A stretch of DNA of 64,000 bases from Escherichia phage phiLLS. The position numbers and the translations under genes are program-made. The notes beneath the pieces were generated by a model, which was given only the letters and a program-made list of their open reading frames with translations, did not search any database and was not told the origin of the DNA. Where the stretch lies: sequence record NC_047822.1. One strand, given 5' to 3'. The first letter of the stretch is position 1; each line of letters opens with the position of its first letter. This document shows, piece by piece, positions 34,631 through 43,579 of this stretch.

Positions 34631-34740
34631 CTGTATATTTATACAGTAGGATAATCTGTGGATAAGTCTGTGTAAAAGTCCTTATATCGCCGCCTATCGT
34701 GTCAAATCATTTTGTGCTGTGGATAACGTTGGGGATAACT
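34631..34740. repeat. right inverted repeat (partner of 31521-31623) with DnaA-box-like motifs
   Basis: CTGTATATTTATACAGTAGGATAATCTGTGGATAAGTCTGT and downstream TGTGGATAAC. Confidence 0.75.
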
Positions 34741-34776
34741 TAAATGATAGTGGTTCTCACTCAGGCCGATAGTTTC

Positions 34777-34831
34777 TTATAGTTATTATTTCTATCGGTT
34801 ACGATTTCTTATAGTTATTATTTCTCATTAA
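34777..34831. repeat. tandem direct repeat TTTCTTATAGTTATTATTTCT x2
   Basis: Two 21-bp copies separated by ATCGGTTACGA. Confidence 0.75.
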
Positions 34832-35017
34832 TTTATAAGTATATTATATATTATGGAATAGTTAGTTGGCTAATGAGATTTTCCGTGATTAATAGTCTGC
34901 TAATAGTTTAAGCCGTTACAATCCACCAGCATGATTATCGTTCTAGCAATTATTAGTCTGCTATCTTTCCGATGCATACTAACAAATAAAAGTCAATTAA
35001 TTTATTTCATAAAATAA

Positions 35018-35062
35018 GTAGTTATCCACTGGAAAATAAAAGTCAAGTGGATAACTAGGAAA
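35018..35062. promoter_or_regulatory. inverted pair of DnaA-box-like sites (TTATCCACT / AGTGGATAA)
   Basis: AGTTATCCACTGG and AAGTGGATAACTA about 30 bp apart; more GATAA motifs to 35190. Confidence 0.5.
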
Positions 35063-35501
35063 ATTTCATTTTTGCTTCTGGGGATAAGTTATCAACAAGG
35101 CTAGAATGCGCCTAAAACGCCCTACAACGCAGTAAAGTTTTTAGCCATCCCATCATAAGGGGATAAGCCGTTTATCGCTGCCACGAGCTTTTTAGATTTT
35201 GTCAAGTAGGGCAAGGCAAATATAAATGAAAAAATTACTTGCTTATCTGCTGGGTTTTATGGTATTCGCGCGCCCGTTTCTTTTAATTTTAGGCCGTCGC
35301 CGGACGCGGTGCGAGTATTTGCCTTCTTTACATTTCTTTACAAAAATAAGGTTGCGCCTTTTTCGTTGTTTGTTATTATTTATCTCGTAGGGCGGCAATG
35401 ACGAACTACACGGCGGGAAGTTTACCGCCGCGCTCTTTAAAAATTGGGTATATCTTAAAGTCTATCGGCGGTAAACTTATCAATTATAAGGAATCGACGA
35501 T

Positions 35502-35705
35502 ATGAAACAAACTTTACTAATCACTGGTAAACCTAGCAAGGCACTGGACAGCAAAACAAAAAATTTGTTGACAGTAGCGCAAAGATCGGTAAAATATCGA
35601 TTTAAGCAGTACAAGAAAGGCCGCCAGCAAGGTCTGGAAATGATCTGGCGAAATATTATGATTGACCTGAAAGAAAATCATAAAAAACTGCAAAAAATAG
35701 TTTGA
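35502..35705 (+). CDS. hypothetical basic protein (67 aa)
   Basis: RBS AAGGAATCGACGAT. Confidence 0.4.
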   Translation: MKQTLLITGKPSKALDSKTKNLLTVAQRSVKYRFKQYKKGRQQGLEMIWRNIMIDLKENHKKLQKIV

Positions 35706-35933
35706 CTTCCTAGCCGATAGGCTTTAAGATGTACCCAGTTCGATGAGAGTGATAACTTGATACAATTTGACGGCCGGTACTTGCCATAATGTGCCCCGCC
35801 CCCTAACTGGGATATAGCGGCCTGAGTGGAGTTCTTTAATTTGATTATAATGGCGAGTGGATTTTTTCTTATTATCTGCTACTTTCTAGCAGATAATGCG
35901 GAACAATCCACTGAATAAACTGGAGTTTATACC

Positions 35934-36185
35934 ATGAAAAACGTTATTACCGCGCCGAAAGTTGGTCAATCCGTTTTTATTCCTTTCGTTACTAAAACGG
36001 ACGAATTAACCGGAAAAGCCGAACGTATTAAAGGTGCGGCGCTTATGCCGTTCGATACAATCGACGCGGTATACGCTGAAAATGAACGCAGCAACAACGG
36101 AAAGCCCGTTTTTAGCGTTCGCGTTAAATCCGGCGACGTTGTAAAGGTTGTTCAACGCAACGAAAAATGGGAAGCTGTGTTGTAA
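35934..36185 (+). CDS. hypothetical protein (83 aa)
   Basis: RBS CTGGAGTTTATACC. Confidence 0.5.
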   Translation: MKNVITAPKVGQSVFIPFVTKTDELTGKAERIKGAALMPFDTIDAVYAENERSNNGKPVFSVRVKSGDVVKVVQRNEKWEAVL

Positions 36186-36283
36186 TTTAGTGTTAACTTT
36201 ATATTCCCCTGAAATATGGGGAATATAACGATTAACATTATGTTAATCTTATCCCTTAAATTAAATCAACAGGAGTTACAATC

Positions 36284-36691
36284 ATGACTAACGTTAAAAC
36301 CGCAAAATTCGCATGGAATGAAGAAAACACTCAGAAAGCTGTTTCCATGTACCAGCAGTTAATCAATGAAAACGGTTTAGATTTCGCAAATAGCGACGGC
36401 CTGAAAGAGATTGCAAAAGCAGTAGGCGCGGCTTCTCCCGTATCCGTTCGCTCAAAATTGACCAGCGCGAAAGCGTATCAGAAAAGCGATAAGCCGCGCA
36501 AAGTTGGCGGCGGCAGTTCAATCCGCAAAGCTCACTATGTACGCGTTATTGCAAAACATGCCATTGATTCCGGCATTATCAAAGACGCTGACGATCTGGC
36601 ATCACTGGAAAGCGCAAAACTGGAAACGCTGGACGCAGTAGCACAACTGTTAGGCGTTGCCGATGAAGTAAAACAAGCCGCAGGCGAATAA
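36284..36691 (+). CDS. pre-early-region protein, possibly A2-like (135 aa)
   Basis: RBS CAGGAGTTACAATC; position upstream of A1-like gene; assignment by synteny and size only. Confidence 0.4.
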   Translation: MTNVKTAKFAWNEENTQKAVSMYQQLINENGLDFANSDGLKEIAKAVGAASPVSVRSKLTSAKAYQKSDKPRKVGGGSSIRKAHYVRVIAKHAIDSGIIKDADDLASLESAKLETLDAVAQLLGVADEVKQAAGE

Positions 36692-36749
36692 ATTTAATTA
36701 GTGGGGAATACTCCCCACTATAATTTCCCTTAAATCAGGAGTTATTAAA

Positions 36750-36947
36750 ATGATCTTTTACCCTACTGAATCGTTAATTCTAGGCTTGTTTATTATGGCG
36801 GCCTCATTACTATTCGCTTATTTTCAAAATGATCTGGATTCGTATTATTTTAAGCGCAAAGCTAATCTAGCAAAGCGTTTGGGCTTATTTTGCTTTATTG
36901 CCGCCGTTGTTTGTGGTGTTAGTTCTAGCCTGATGCCGATTAGTTAA
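36750..36947 (+). CDS. small membrane protein (65 aa)
   Basis: RBS CAGGAGTTATTAAA; two TM helices. Confidence 0.4.
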   Translation: MIFYPTESLILGLFIMAASLLFAYFQNDLDSYYFKRKANLAKRLGLFCFIAAVVCGVSSSLMPIS

Positions 36948-37043
36948 ATGTTGCAAATTATAACGCCTATTATTCAAGGCGTTATATCTGGCAATATTGC
37001 CAATAACAAACGTTTTTAATCCCTTTAATGGAGTTTTATTATC

Positions 37044-38714
37044 ATGGTTATTTCCGCAGAAAAACAAACCCAGATCCTCAATCTTGCCGCTGATTTCAAT
37101 TTCTATGGTAAACGTCTGCGCGCTACTAAACTGGAAGTTTGTGACGATATATCAAAAGCGGTTTACGATACTGCAAAACATTCCACCGCGATTTGTGACT
37201 GGTTGGAAGCAAATAAACCAGCGAAACCAAAAGCGGCGAAAGTAGCAAAAGCCATTAAAAACGATGACCGCCCTGAAGCCGCCGGAGTTATTTCTAGCAC
37301 GGTGGAGCAATGGGAAGTAAAGCAGGGCAACCGCTTCATTATCACATCAATCCAGAACAACACGTTCCCGCATAAAAACTTTTTAGCCTCGCTCGAGCAA
37401 TATGCCCAGTTTATTGGCGCTGATTTGCTTGTTAGCAAGTTTATTTATAACAAAAACGGTTTTCAAAATGGGGAAGGCGCGGACGGAATAAAATACGATT
37501 CCGCGTTTGACAAATATATCTGCAATAAGAACGTATTTTTAAACAATCGCCGTTTTGCTTTCATGGCTGAGATTAATGTTTTGCCCACCGCAGATTATCC
37601 GCTATCTGGATTCGCTGAAACTGCAACGGCTTTAAATATTGAGGGTCTGGCAATTGGGGCGGCTAAAATCACCGCCGAAAGCGTGCCAGCTTTAAAAGGT
37701 GAAGTAGTGCGCCGCATGTATTCAACGGGAACGGCAACGCTAAAAAACTATATTCAGCAAAAAGCAGGGCAAAAAGCGGAGGCGCTACATAACTTTGGGG
37801 CGCTGATTGTTGAGTTCGACGAAGACGGTGAATTTTTTGTTCGCCAGCTTGAAACGATGGATGAAAGCGGCGTTTTTTACGATTTGAATATTTGCGCTAC
37901 TCCCGCCGGATGCTATGAAACATCGGGGCATGTTTTAGGCTTGCAATATGGTGACGTCCACGCTGAAAAACTAGATGAAGAGTGCGCCGCAGCGTCATGG
38001 GGACACGGTGACACCTACGGGCTTGTGGATATTCTCAAGCCAAAATATCAATTCGTCCATGACGTGCATGATTTTACATCACGCAACCATCACAACCGCG
38101 CCTCTGGTGTATTCCTAGCAAAACAATACGCCGCCGGACGTGATAAGGTTCTGGATGATCTTATCGATACGGGGCGCGTACTGGAAGCAATGGAGCGCGA
38201 TTTCTCGCAAACAATCATTGTTGAATCTAACCATGATCTGGCGTTATCTCGTTGGCTTGATGATCGTAATGCTAACATTAAAGACGACCCAGCAAACGCG
38301 GAACTATATCACCGCCTTAATGCTGCAATTTACGGAGCTATTGCAGAAAAAGACGACACTTTCAACGTGCTAGATTATGCGCTGCGCAAGGTTGCAGGCT
38401 GCGAGTTTAACGCTATTTTCCTAACGACTGACCAATCATTTAAAATTGCAGGCATCGAGTGCGGCGTACACGGTCACAATGGCATAAACGGCAGTCGTGG
38501 CAATCCGAAACAGTTCAAGAAATTGGGCAAATTAAACACGGGGCACACTCATACCGCCAGCATTTACGGCGGCGTATATACCGCTGGCGTGTCTGGTAGT
38601 CTGGACATGGGCTATAATGTTGGCGCGTCAAGCTGGACGCAAACGCATGTTATTACCTATGCAAACGGTCAGCGCACTTTGATTGACTTTAAAAACGGTA
38701 AATTTTTCGCGTAA
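37044..38714 (+). CDS. A1-like pre-early protein (calcineurin-like metallophosphoesterase motifs)
   Basis: 556 aa as T5 A1; GDVHAEK, GVHGHNG, GHTHT motifs; RBS AATGGAGTT. Confidence 0.6.
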   Translation: MVISAEKQTQILNLAADFNFYGKRLRATKLEVCDDISKAVYDTAKHSTAICDWLEANKPAKPKAAKVAKAIKNDDRPEAAGVISSTVEQWEVKQGNRFIITSIQNNTFPHKNFLASLEQYAQFIGADLLVSKFIYNKNGFQNGEGADGIKYDSAFDKYICNKNVFLNNRRFAFMAEINVLPTADYPLSGFAETATALNIEGLAIGAAKITAESVPALKGEVVRRMYSTGTATLKNYIQQKAGQKAEALHNFGALIVEFDEDGEFFVRQLETMDESGVFYDLNICATPAGCYETSGHVLGLQYGDVHAEKLDEECAAASWGHGDTYGLVDILKPKYQFVHDVHDFTSRNHHNRASGVFLAKQYAAGRDKVLDDLIDTGRVLEAMERDFSQTIIVESNHDLALSRWLDDRNANIKDDPANAELYHRLNAAIYGAIAEKDDTFNVLDYALRKVAGCEFNAIFLTTDQSFKIAGIECGVHGHNGINGSRGNPKQFKKLGKLNTGHTHTASIYGGVYTAGVSGSLDMGYNVGASSWTQTHVITYANGQRTLIDFKNGKFFA

Positions 38715-38787
38715 ATAAATCAGGTTGGCGGCTTGAAATATGGCCGCCATTATAAAAGTTTATTAAATTAATTGGAGTTTTATAAAT

Positions 38788-39180
38788 ATGAAAAAGCAAA
38801 ATATCCCATTCGATCGCGCTCAGTCTTCTATTGTTCTAGTTTATTCTAGTGGTGAGCGCTATCACGTCGAGGCGGGGCACGTTGTTGATGATTTAATCGA
38901 GTTTAACGAGGCGCTACAGATCACTACTTTCGCCTATACCACGGGCAAACTATCAAGCCGCATCAAGGCGAAAGGCGTTTATATTGACACGATGAAGCAG
39001 GAAACGATTATCATTGACGCGGTGAAGTCCGGTCTAGCCTTTGCAGTTGTCGCGCCTTGTCCCGCTTGTCTTGATGATCAGTTAATGAGCGCGAAGGTAT
39101 TCACATGCGCGGGCATTCGTTCCAGCGTATCAGGTGAGGATATTAGTTTTATCGCTGATGCGCTTGCGTTTGGCCTTTAA
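38788..39180 (+). CDS. hypothetical protein (130 aa)
   Basis: RBS TTGGAGTTTTATAA. Confidence 0.5.
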   Translation: MKKQNIPFDRAQSSIVLVYSSGERYHVEAGHVVDDLIEFNEALQITTFAYTTGKLSSRIKAKGVYIDTMKQETIIIDAVKSGLAFAVVAPCPACLDDQLMSAKVFTCAGIRSSVSGEDISFIADALAFGL

Positions 39181-39254
39181 TAGCTGGACTAGTCCAGCCC
39201 ATCCAGCGGGCTGGATTAATTTAATTTAATCCCTTAAACGGAGAACGTAACAAA

Positions 39255-39974
39255 ATGAAGATTACCCGTAATTTCCCGCATGTTTCCCGCGTCATGATTT
39301 GGGATCTGGATGGCACTATCGTTAACTCATTCCATCGCGTAGCGCCTTGCTTTGATAGTGAGGGCAATCTAGATCTAAATAAGTATAAAAATGAAGCGTG
39401 TAAACATGCTTTGATAATGCAAGATACACTGTTACCGCTTGTTACCTATATGCGCCAGTGCATGAATGACGCCAACACGTTAAACATTATTTGTACCGCT
39501 CGACTAATGAGCAAATCAGATTACTATTACCTACGGAAGCAAGGGCTGCGAGGGCGTGGGGGTAGCAATATCCGCGTATTTTCCCGCGATACACTGCACA
39601 AATATTTTGAAGCTGATAAGGTTAGCGAAATATACCACAGCAAAGACGCTATATATAAAAGCCACTATTTTGAGTTATTTAAGCAATTATATCCGAACGC
39701 TGATTTCACGATGATTGATGATCATAAAGGCGTGCTATCAGCGGCGGCATCATACGGATTTAAAACGCTGGACGCGCAAGCCGTTAACGATATTCTATCG
39801 ATTGGGGTTACATTGATAGGTGAAACCTTTATCGATGAATCTCTTGAGGATGATAATGATTATCAGTTCCTGGCCGACCGCCTGCAATTATGTTGGGAAG
39901 GTATGACCGAAGAAGAACGCGCAGAATATAGTTGCAGCCCGCAACAATATATTGAGAAATTAAAAGTTGCGTAA
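39255..39974 (+). CDS. HAD-family 5'-deoxyribonucleotidase (dmp-like)
   Basis: N-terminal WDLDGTIV HAD motif; 239 aa; RBS AACGGAGAACG. Confidence 0.6.
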   Translation: MKITRNFPHVSRVMIWDLDGTIVNSFHRVAPCFDSEGNLDLNKYKNEACKHALIMQDTLLPLVTYMRQCMNDANTLNIICTARLMSKSDYYYLRKQGLRGRGGSNIRVFSRDTLHKYFEADKVSEIYHSKDAIYKSHYFELFKQLYPNADFTMIDDHKGVLSAAASYGFKTLDAQAVNDILSIGVTLIGETFIDESLEDDNDYQFLADRLQLCWEGMTEEERAEYSCSPQQYIEKLKVA

Positions 39975-39989
39975 TAATTAAAGTTGAAA

Positions 39990-40040
39990 TTGTTTCACCT
40001 TGCAATTAAAATGGTTGCAGGGTGAAACAGTTAGCATGGT
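39990..40040 (+). terminator. large hairpin after dmp-like gene
   Basis: TGTTTCACC ... GGTGAAACA 9-bp stem with internal TTGCAA/TTGCAG. Confidence 0.4.
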
Positions 40041-40138
40041 AATAGTAACGGGGGTGGCGGTTAGCAGACTAAGTATTTTCGCCGGAGGCAGTGAGCACAT
40101 CCTCATGTGTAATCTTATGAAATTTCGAGATTTCCAAA

Positions 40139-40384
40139 TTAGCGCATAGAAGGGTCACCAAACCGATGTTCAGGTCTGAACTCACGGAATCTCTTCCGCG
40201 ACGCCCGAGAACCATCCGACCATTCTCGTTCAAACTCCGCACGTTTCTCGTCAAACTTCCGCTCCCTTTCCGCAATCTCCCGCGTCACTCCCGCAATATA
40301 TTTACGATGCTTGTTGATTGCCGCAGTTGTCCCGAAAACCCCCGCGAGTATCCCGATAATAAAAGCAATTACAATACTAAACAT
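40139..40384 (-). CDS. membrane protein with charged C-terminal tail (81 aa)
   Basis: N-terminal TM IVIAFIIGILAGVFG; RBS GAGGGAA; last of four overlapped genes. Confidence 0.45.
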   Translation of the reverse strand: MFSIVIAFIIGILAGVFGTTAAINKHRKYIAGVTREIAERERKFDEKRAEFEREWSDGSRASRKRFREFRPEHRFGDPSMR

Positions 40385-40568
40385 CTAATTCCCTCTCAAT
40401 TTGCAGAATACGGGTACTATCACAACGTTGCAGTAGTGCTAGCTTTTCTAGAGTAACTTGTTGTTTTACCTGAGCTTCTAGAGTTTTTAGGCGGAGATAC
40501 ACGATACGAGAGACAATGAGGATTACCCAGACTAATATTACCATTAGTGTAATTGCCACTTCCATCAT
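40377..40568 (-). CDS. small membrane protein (63 aa)
   Basis: TM plus coiled-coil; ATGA overlap with upstream ORF. Confidence 0.4.
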   Translation of the reverse strand: MMEVAITLMVILVWVILIVSRIVYLRLKTLEAQVKQQVTLEKLALLQRCDSTRILQIERELDV

Positions 40569-40672
40569 TTACGTTTCTCCGATAGTAAGGTTTCGATTCT
40601 AGCTAAGTGATTATCTAAGATACATTGCCCAATAATCACAACCCCCAGTAGTGCAATAATTACCCATTCCAT
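40565..40672 (-). CDS. small membrane peptide (35 aa)
   Basis: Not in ORF track; MEWVIIALLGVVIIGQ...; TAATG and ATGA overlaps. Confidence 0.3.
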   Translation of the reverse strand: MEWVIIALLGVVIIGQCILDNHLARIETLLSEKRK

Positions 40673-40800
40673 TAAATCCACCCCGCCATAGCTGCTAACC
40701 AAAAACCTACGAAGATTAGGAATAATACAAAACCAAATCCGTAAATATTAATCCACGCTTCGTACACTTCTCCGCGTCTGTTCTTTCTTTTATTTGACAT
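40672..40800 (-). CDS. small membrane peptide (42 aa)
   Basis: Not in ORF track; basic N-terminus then TM; first gene of overlapped chain. Confidence 0.3.
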   Translation of the reverse strand: MSNKRKNRRGEVYEAWINIYGFGFVLFLIFVGFWLAAMAGWI

Positions 40801-40976
40801 ATCTTTCGTACTCCCGTAAATGTGATTTTTGAAATATTCTATAATTTGTGCACAACCAACCGTGCCTGTGGACCCCTAGAAGGGCTTCTACTTTTCTTAT
40901 ATAGTGTTTTCTGCCAGTATACCGTCCAAGAAATAAAAAATTTAGTTTACTTGGATGTCTTTTTGCTTTATACTAA

Positions 40977-41243
40977 TTACAAGTAATTAGATTGCTCTAG
41001 TTTAAATTTACAATCACCGTATTTAAGGTCAAACTGACTGAGATCCCACCACCCAAACTTAGTACGGAGCTGTACTACTGGAAAGCGATCTCCCTTAATA
41101 CGAACTTTTTGAACCTTGAGGCCGTAATGTTCCTCTCCCGCACCACCAAAAGATTTTACAAATCCCGTACAAAATGGTTTGGGGGCAGGTGCACAACCAG
41201 ATAACATAACTGCGGCAACTAGTGCAATCACAAACTTTTTCAT
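40977..41243 (-). CDS. lipoprotein (88 aa)
   Basis: Signal peptide with lipobox LSGC; strong PN25-like promoter upstream; divergent from fiber gene. Confidence 0.55.
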   Translation of the reverse strand: MKKFVIALVAAVMLSGCAPAPKPFCTGFVKSFGGAGEEHYGLKVQKVRIKGDRFPVVQLRTKFGWWDLSQFDLKYGDCKFKLEQSNYL

Positions 41244-41257
41244 ATTTATCTCTCCAT

Positions 41258-41305
41258 TTCTAATTTATGAATCTATTATAGCAAAATAGAGAGATGAAAG
41301 CAAAT
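41258..41305 (-). promoter_or_regulatory. PN25-like strong T5 promoter on minus strand
   Basis: Minus strand reads TTGCTTTCATCTCTCTATTTTGCTATAATAGATTCATAAATTAGAAATGGAGAG, near-identical to the T5 PN25 core. Confidence 0.6.
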
Positions 41306-41328
41306 ACATTTTTATAATAGGAGATTAT

Positions 41329-43086
41329 ATGGGTTTTTTCGCTGGAAAATATAGCGATGGTAAGACCGTACTATCTTTAAATACTGAATCTGGTGGTGAC
41401 ATTAATCGTCACTATAGTCCAAATAATAATAGTATTTTTCATAGTGATATGCCATTTGTCCTAGTTGATGGTACTTATGAGGCAGGATTAGGAGATGCCG
41501 GGAATGGGTTTTTTGTCTGTCAGATGCCCTCTGACATAATAAATATTAAATCCAACGACCCGGGTAGAGTTATACTAACTGCTATTGAGATTAATGGTAC
41601 TCATAGGGCTTTTCTTAATGGTACTCAAAGTAAGGTTGGCCAAACTATAGTTGCTACTCAAGCAGATCCCTTTAGATCTTTTGCTAGTGTTTCTCAAACC
41701 AGTGGATTTGCATTTGGTAATAGTCTAGCATCTGGCACTTATAATTATAATCCCTCTCTAGGGCATGAAGAATCTATCTCTAGAAATGGTACTGGAGGTA
41801 CTACGTTACATAGTACCTATCACGGTATAGTTAGGCCCGGTGCGGGAGCTCCTGTAGGTATTACTGTTGCACAAGCTTTTGAGCAATTGGGTTTCCCTAC
41901 TAATAGTAGCACAGTACCTGTAGATGGGAATAACCCGTACTATTGGGATCCCGGATGGATGTCGCCTCTAGGAGCAGCGCATAGAGGGCATGATTGGTTT
42001 TATGTCTGCAATTCTAATATACGTGGATATGGTGGAGTTAGACAAGGGCTCCCAGGTAATGTAAATACTATGTACCACGACGGTGGGAACAGGTTTGTTT
42101 GTAGGGGATCTACTACTAATCTAGCTAACCAGTCGGGTGACTCTACAATACTACAGGATTGGTATAATATAACTCCTACTAAGGTTATTTGGTATGTTCT
42201 TAATTTAAGGTACTCGAATGGTGGAATGAGTATTTCAGGTAATCCCTTTACTGGTTCTGATATTCTTATATCTCCTTCTAATTTCATAATTAAAGGGGTA
42301 AGTCTCCCTAATACCGGGTATAAATTTATTAATCAGAATGCTTTTGGTAACTTAGGTTATCGTCCTGATATGGAGTATATAGGGAATAACGCAGCGTATA
42401 CTGGAGCCTTCGGAGATACCACTGCAAGGTGTGAACTTGTAGGATCTAGTAATGGAGGGTTGTGGTCTCCTGTAGATTATGGAGGGGCTAAATCCCAAAT
42501 TAGCATTTACAAATTTGGAGCAGGTAAACAGTGGTATGTAAACTCTAACGATAATACTATTGGTAATGAGCATGGGGTTGTTTGGGGACCCTCAGCAGTT
42601 CCACTGCGACTTTTTGGTGGAAATGTAGGTAGTTCCTATATGGGAGATGATATTACTCCCCACTATCCAGGAACGGGTGATAGATACGTTGGTTTATCAA
42701 CTATTGGGCTAGGTATACCAGGCGGAAATGCTACAGTAATTCTTACTACTGAAGTTATATCAGGTAATCTTAATTGTGCGGGTGTTCCAGCTAATACATG
42801 GAATAATGGTGTGTTTCAAGTGCAAGGAAGAAGAGCGTATAGCTATAGCGGCGGGGATGCAATATTCCACCAGATTTTAACGCTACCTGTGGGCTATCTA
42901 GTACCTTTTCATACTACATCTGCTTTTAGATACACGCCTAACAATGCTCTTAGTAGAAACAGTTTTATATATACCGTTAAAAATCTAGGAAATGGAAATG
43001 TAGAGTTAGGAGTAGTTATGCATGTGAGTTTGGGTAGCGCAGTTTTCCTACCTAGATTAAGAGTAACAGTTCAACGCCTTACCTAA
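41329..43086 (+). CDS. tail fiber protein (L-shaped/side fiber-like, 585 aa)
   Basis: Gly/Asn/Ser/Thr-rich beta-rich composition; directly upstream of terminase genes as T5 ltf is; RBS TAGGAGATTAT. Confidence 0.45.
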   Translation: MGFFAGKYSDGKTVLSLNTESGGDINRHYSPNNNSIFHSDMPFVLVDGTYEAGLGDAGNGFFVCQMPSDIINIKSNDPGRVILTAIEINGTHRAFLNGTQSKVGQTIVATQADPFRSFASVSQTSGFAFGNSLASGTYNYNPSLGHEESISRNGTGGTTLHSTYHGIVRPGAGAPVGITVAQAFEQLGFPTNSSTVPVDGNNPYYWDPGWMSPLGAAHRGHDWFYVCNSNIRGYGGVRQGLPGNVNTMYHDGGNRFVCRGSTTNLANQSGDSTILQDWYNITPTKVIWYVLNLRYSNGGMSISGNPFTGSDILISPSNFIIKGVSLPNTGYKFINQNAFGNLGYRPDMEYIGNNAAYTGAFGDTTARCELVGSSNGGLWSPVDYGGAKSQISIYKFGAGKQWYVNSNDNTIGNEHGVVWGPSAVPLRLFGGNVGSSYMGDDITPHYPGTGDRYVGLSTIGLGIPGGNATVILTTEVISGNLNCAGVPANTWNNGVFQVQGRRAYSYSGGDAIFHQILTLPVGYLVPFHTTSAFRYTPNNALSRNSFIYTVKNLGNGNVELGVVMHVSLGSAVFLPRLRVTVQRLT

Positions 43087-43096
43087 AGGAGGAAAT

Positions 43097-43579
43097 ATGG
43101 CAAATGATGTATTAGTACCAGATCTTATGTCCCCTGAAGGGATGGATGTAATTGAAGCTTATTTACAGTGCGGCAGCGATGTGCCTTCTGCCGCACGTAG
43201 TCTTGGAATGTCCGAAATTGCTTTCCGAGATATTATGAATCGTAGTGAAGTTAAGAACTACTTAAATGATATTTTTATGGAGAGTGGTTTCCGTAATAGG
43301 GATCGTTTATTTGGTGTTCTGGATGAAGTTATTAAGCGTAAGCTGGAGGAACTAGAAGAAACGGGCATGGGTTCTGACCAGGATATTATGGATATTCTCT
43401 GGAAAGCACACAAAATGAAGATGGAAGAAATGAAAATGATGGTGGAGTTAGAAAAAGCTAAAGCTGCCGTTCGAGCTCCTGCTAATCAGACTAATATCCA
43501 GAATAACATTATTGCTGGAGCTGGGGATCAAAACTACATGGATTTAATTACTTCCCTAGCTACTGGAGGTAAGAAGTAA
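43097..43579 (+). CDS. terminase small subunit (putative)
   Basis: 160 aa immediately upstream of and overlapping TerL; strong RBS AAAGGAGGAAAT. Confidence 0.5.
   Translation: MANDVLVPDLMSPEGMDVIEAYLQCGSDVPSAARSLGMSEIAFRDIMNRSEVKNYLNDIFMESGFRNRDRLFGVLDEVIKRKLEELEETGMGSDQDIMDILWKAHKMKMEEMKMMVELEKAKAAVRAPANQTNIQNNIIAGAGDQNYMDLITSLATGGKK

Noticed and set aside
31521-34740. Interpretation of the IR-flanked cassette as a classical IS or transposon
   Set aside because: No ORF shows transposase (DDE/HUH) or recombinase hallmarks that I can recognise, and no target-site duplication is evident next to the IRs; kept as a finding but not called a mobile element.
35226-35350. 41-aa hydrophobic ORF in the DnaA-box region
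   Set aside because: Weak RBS and location inside dense binding-site repeats; left uncalled.
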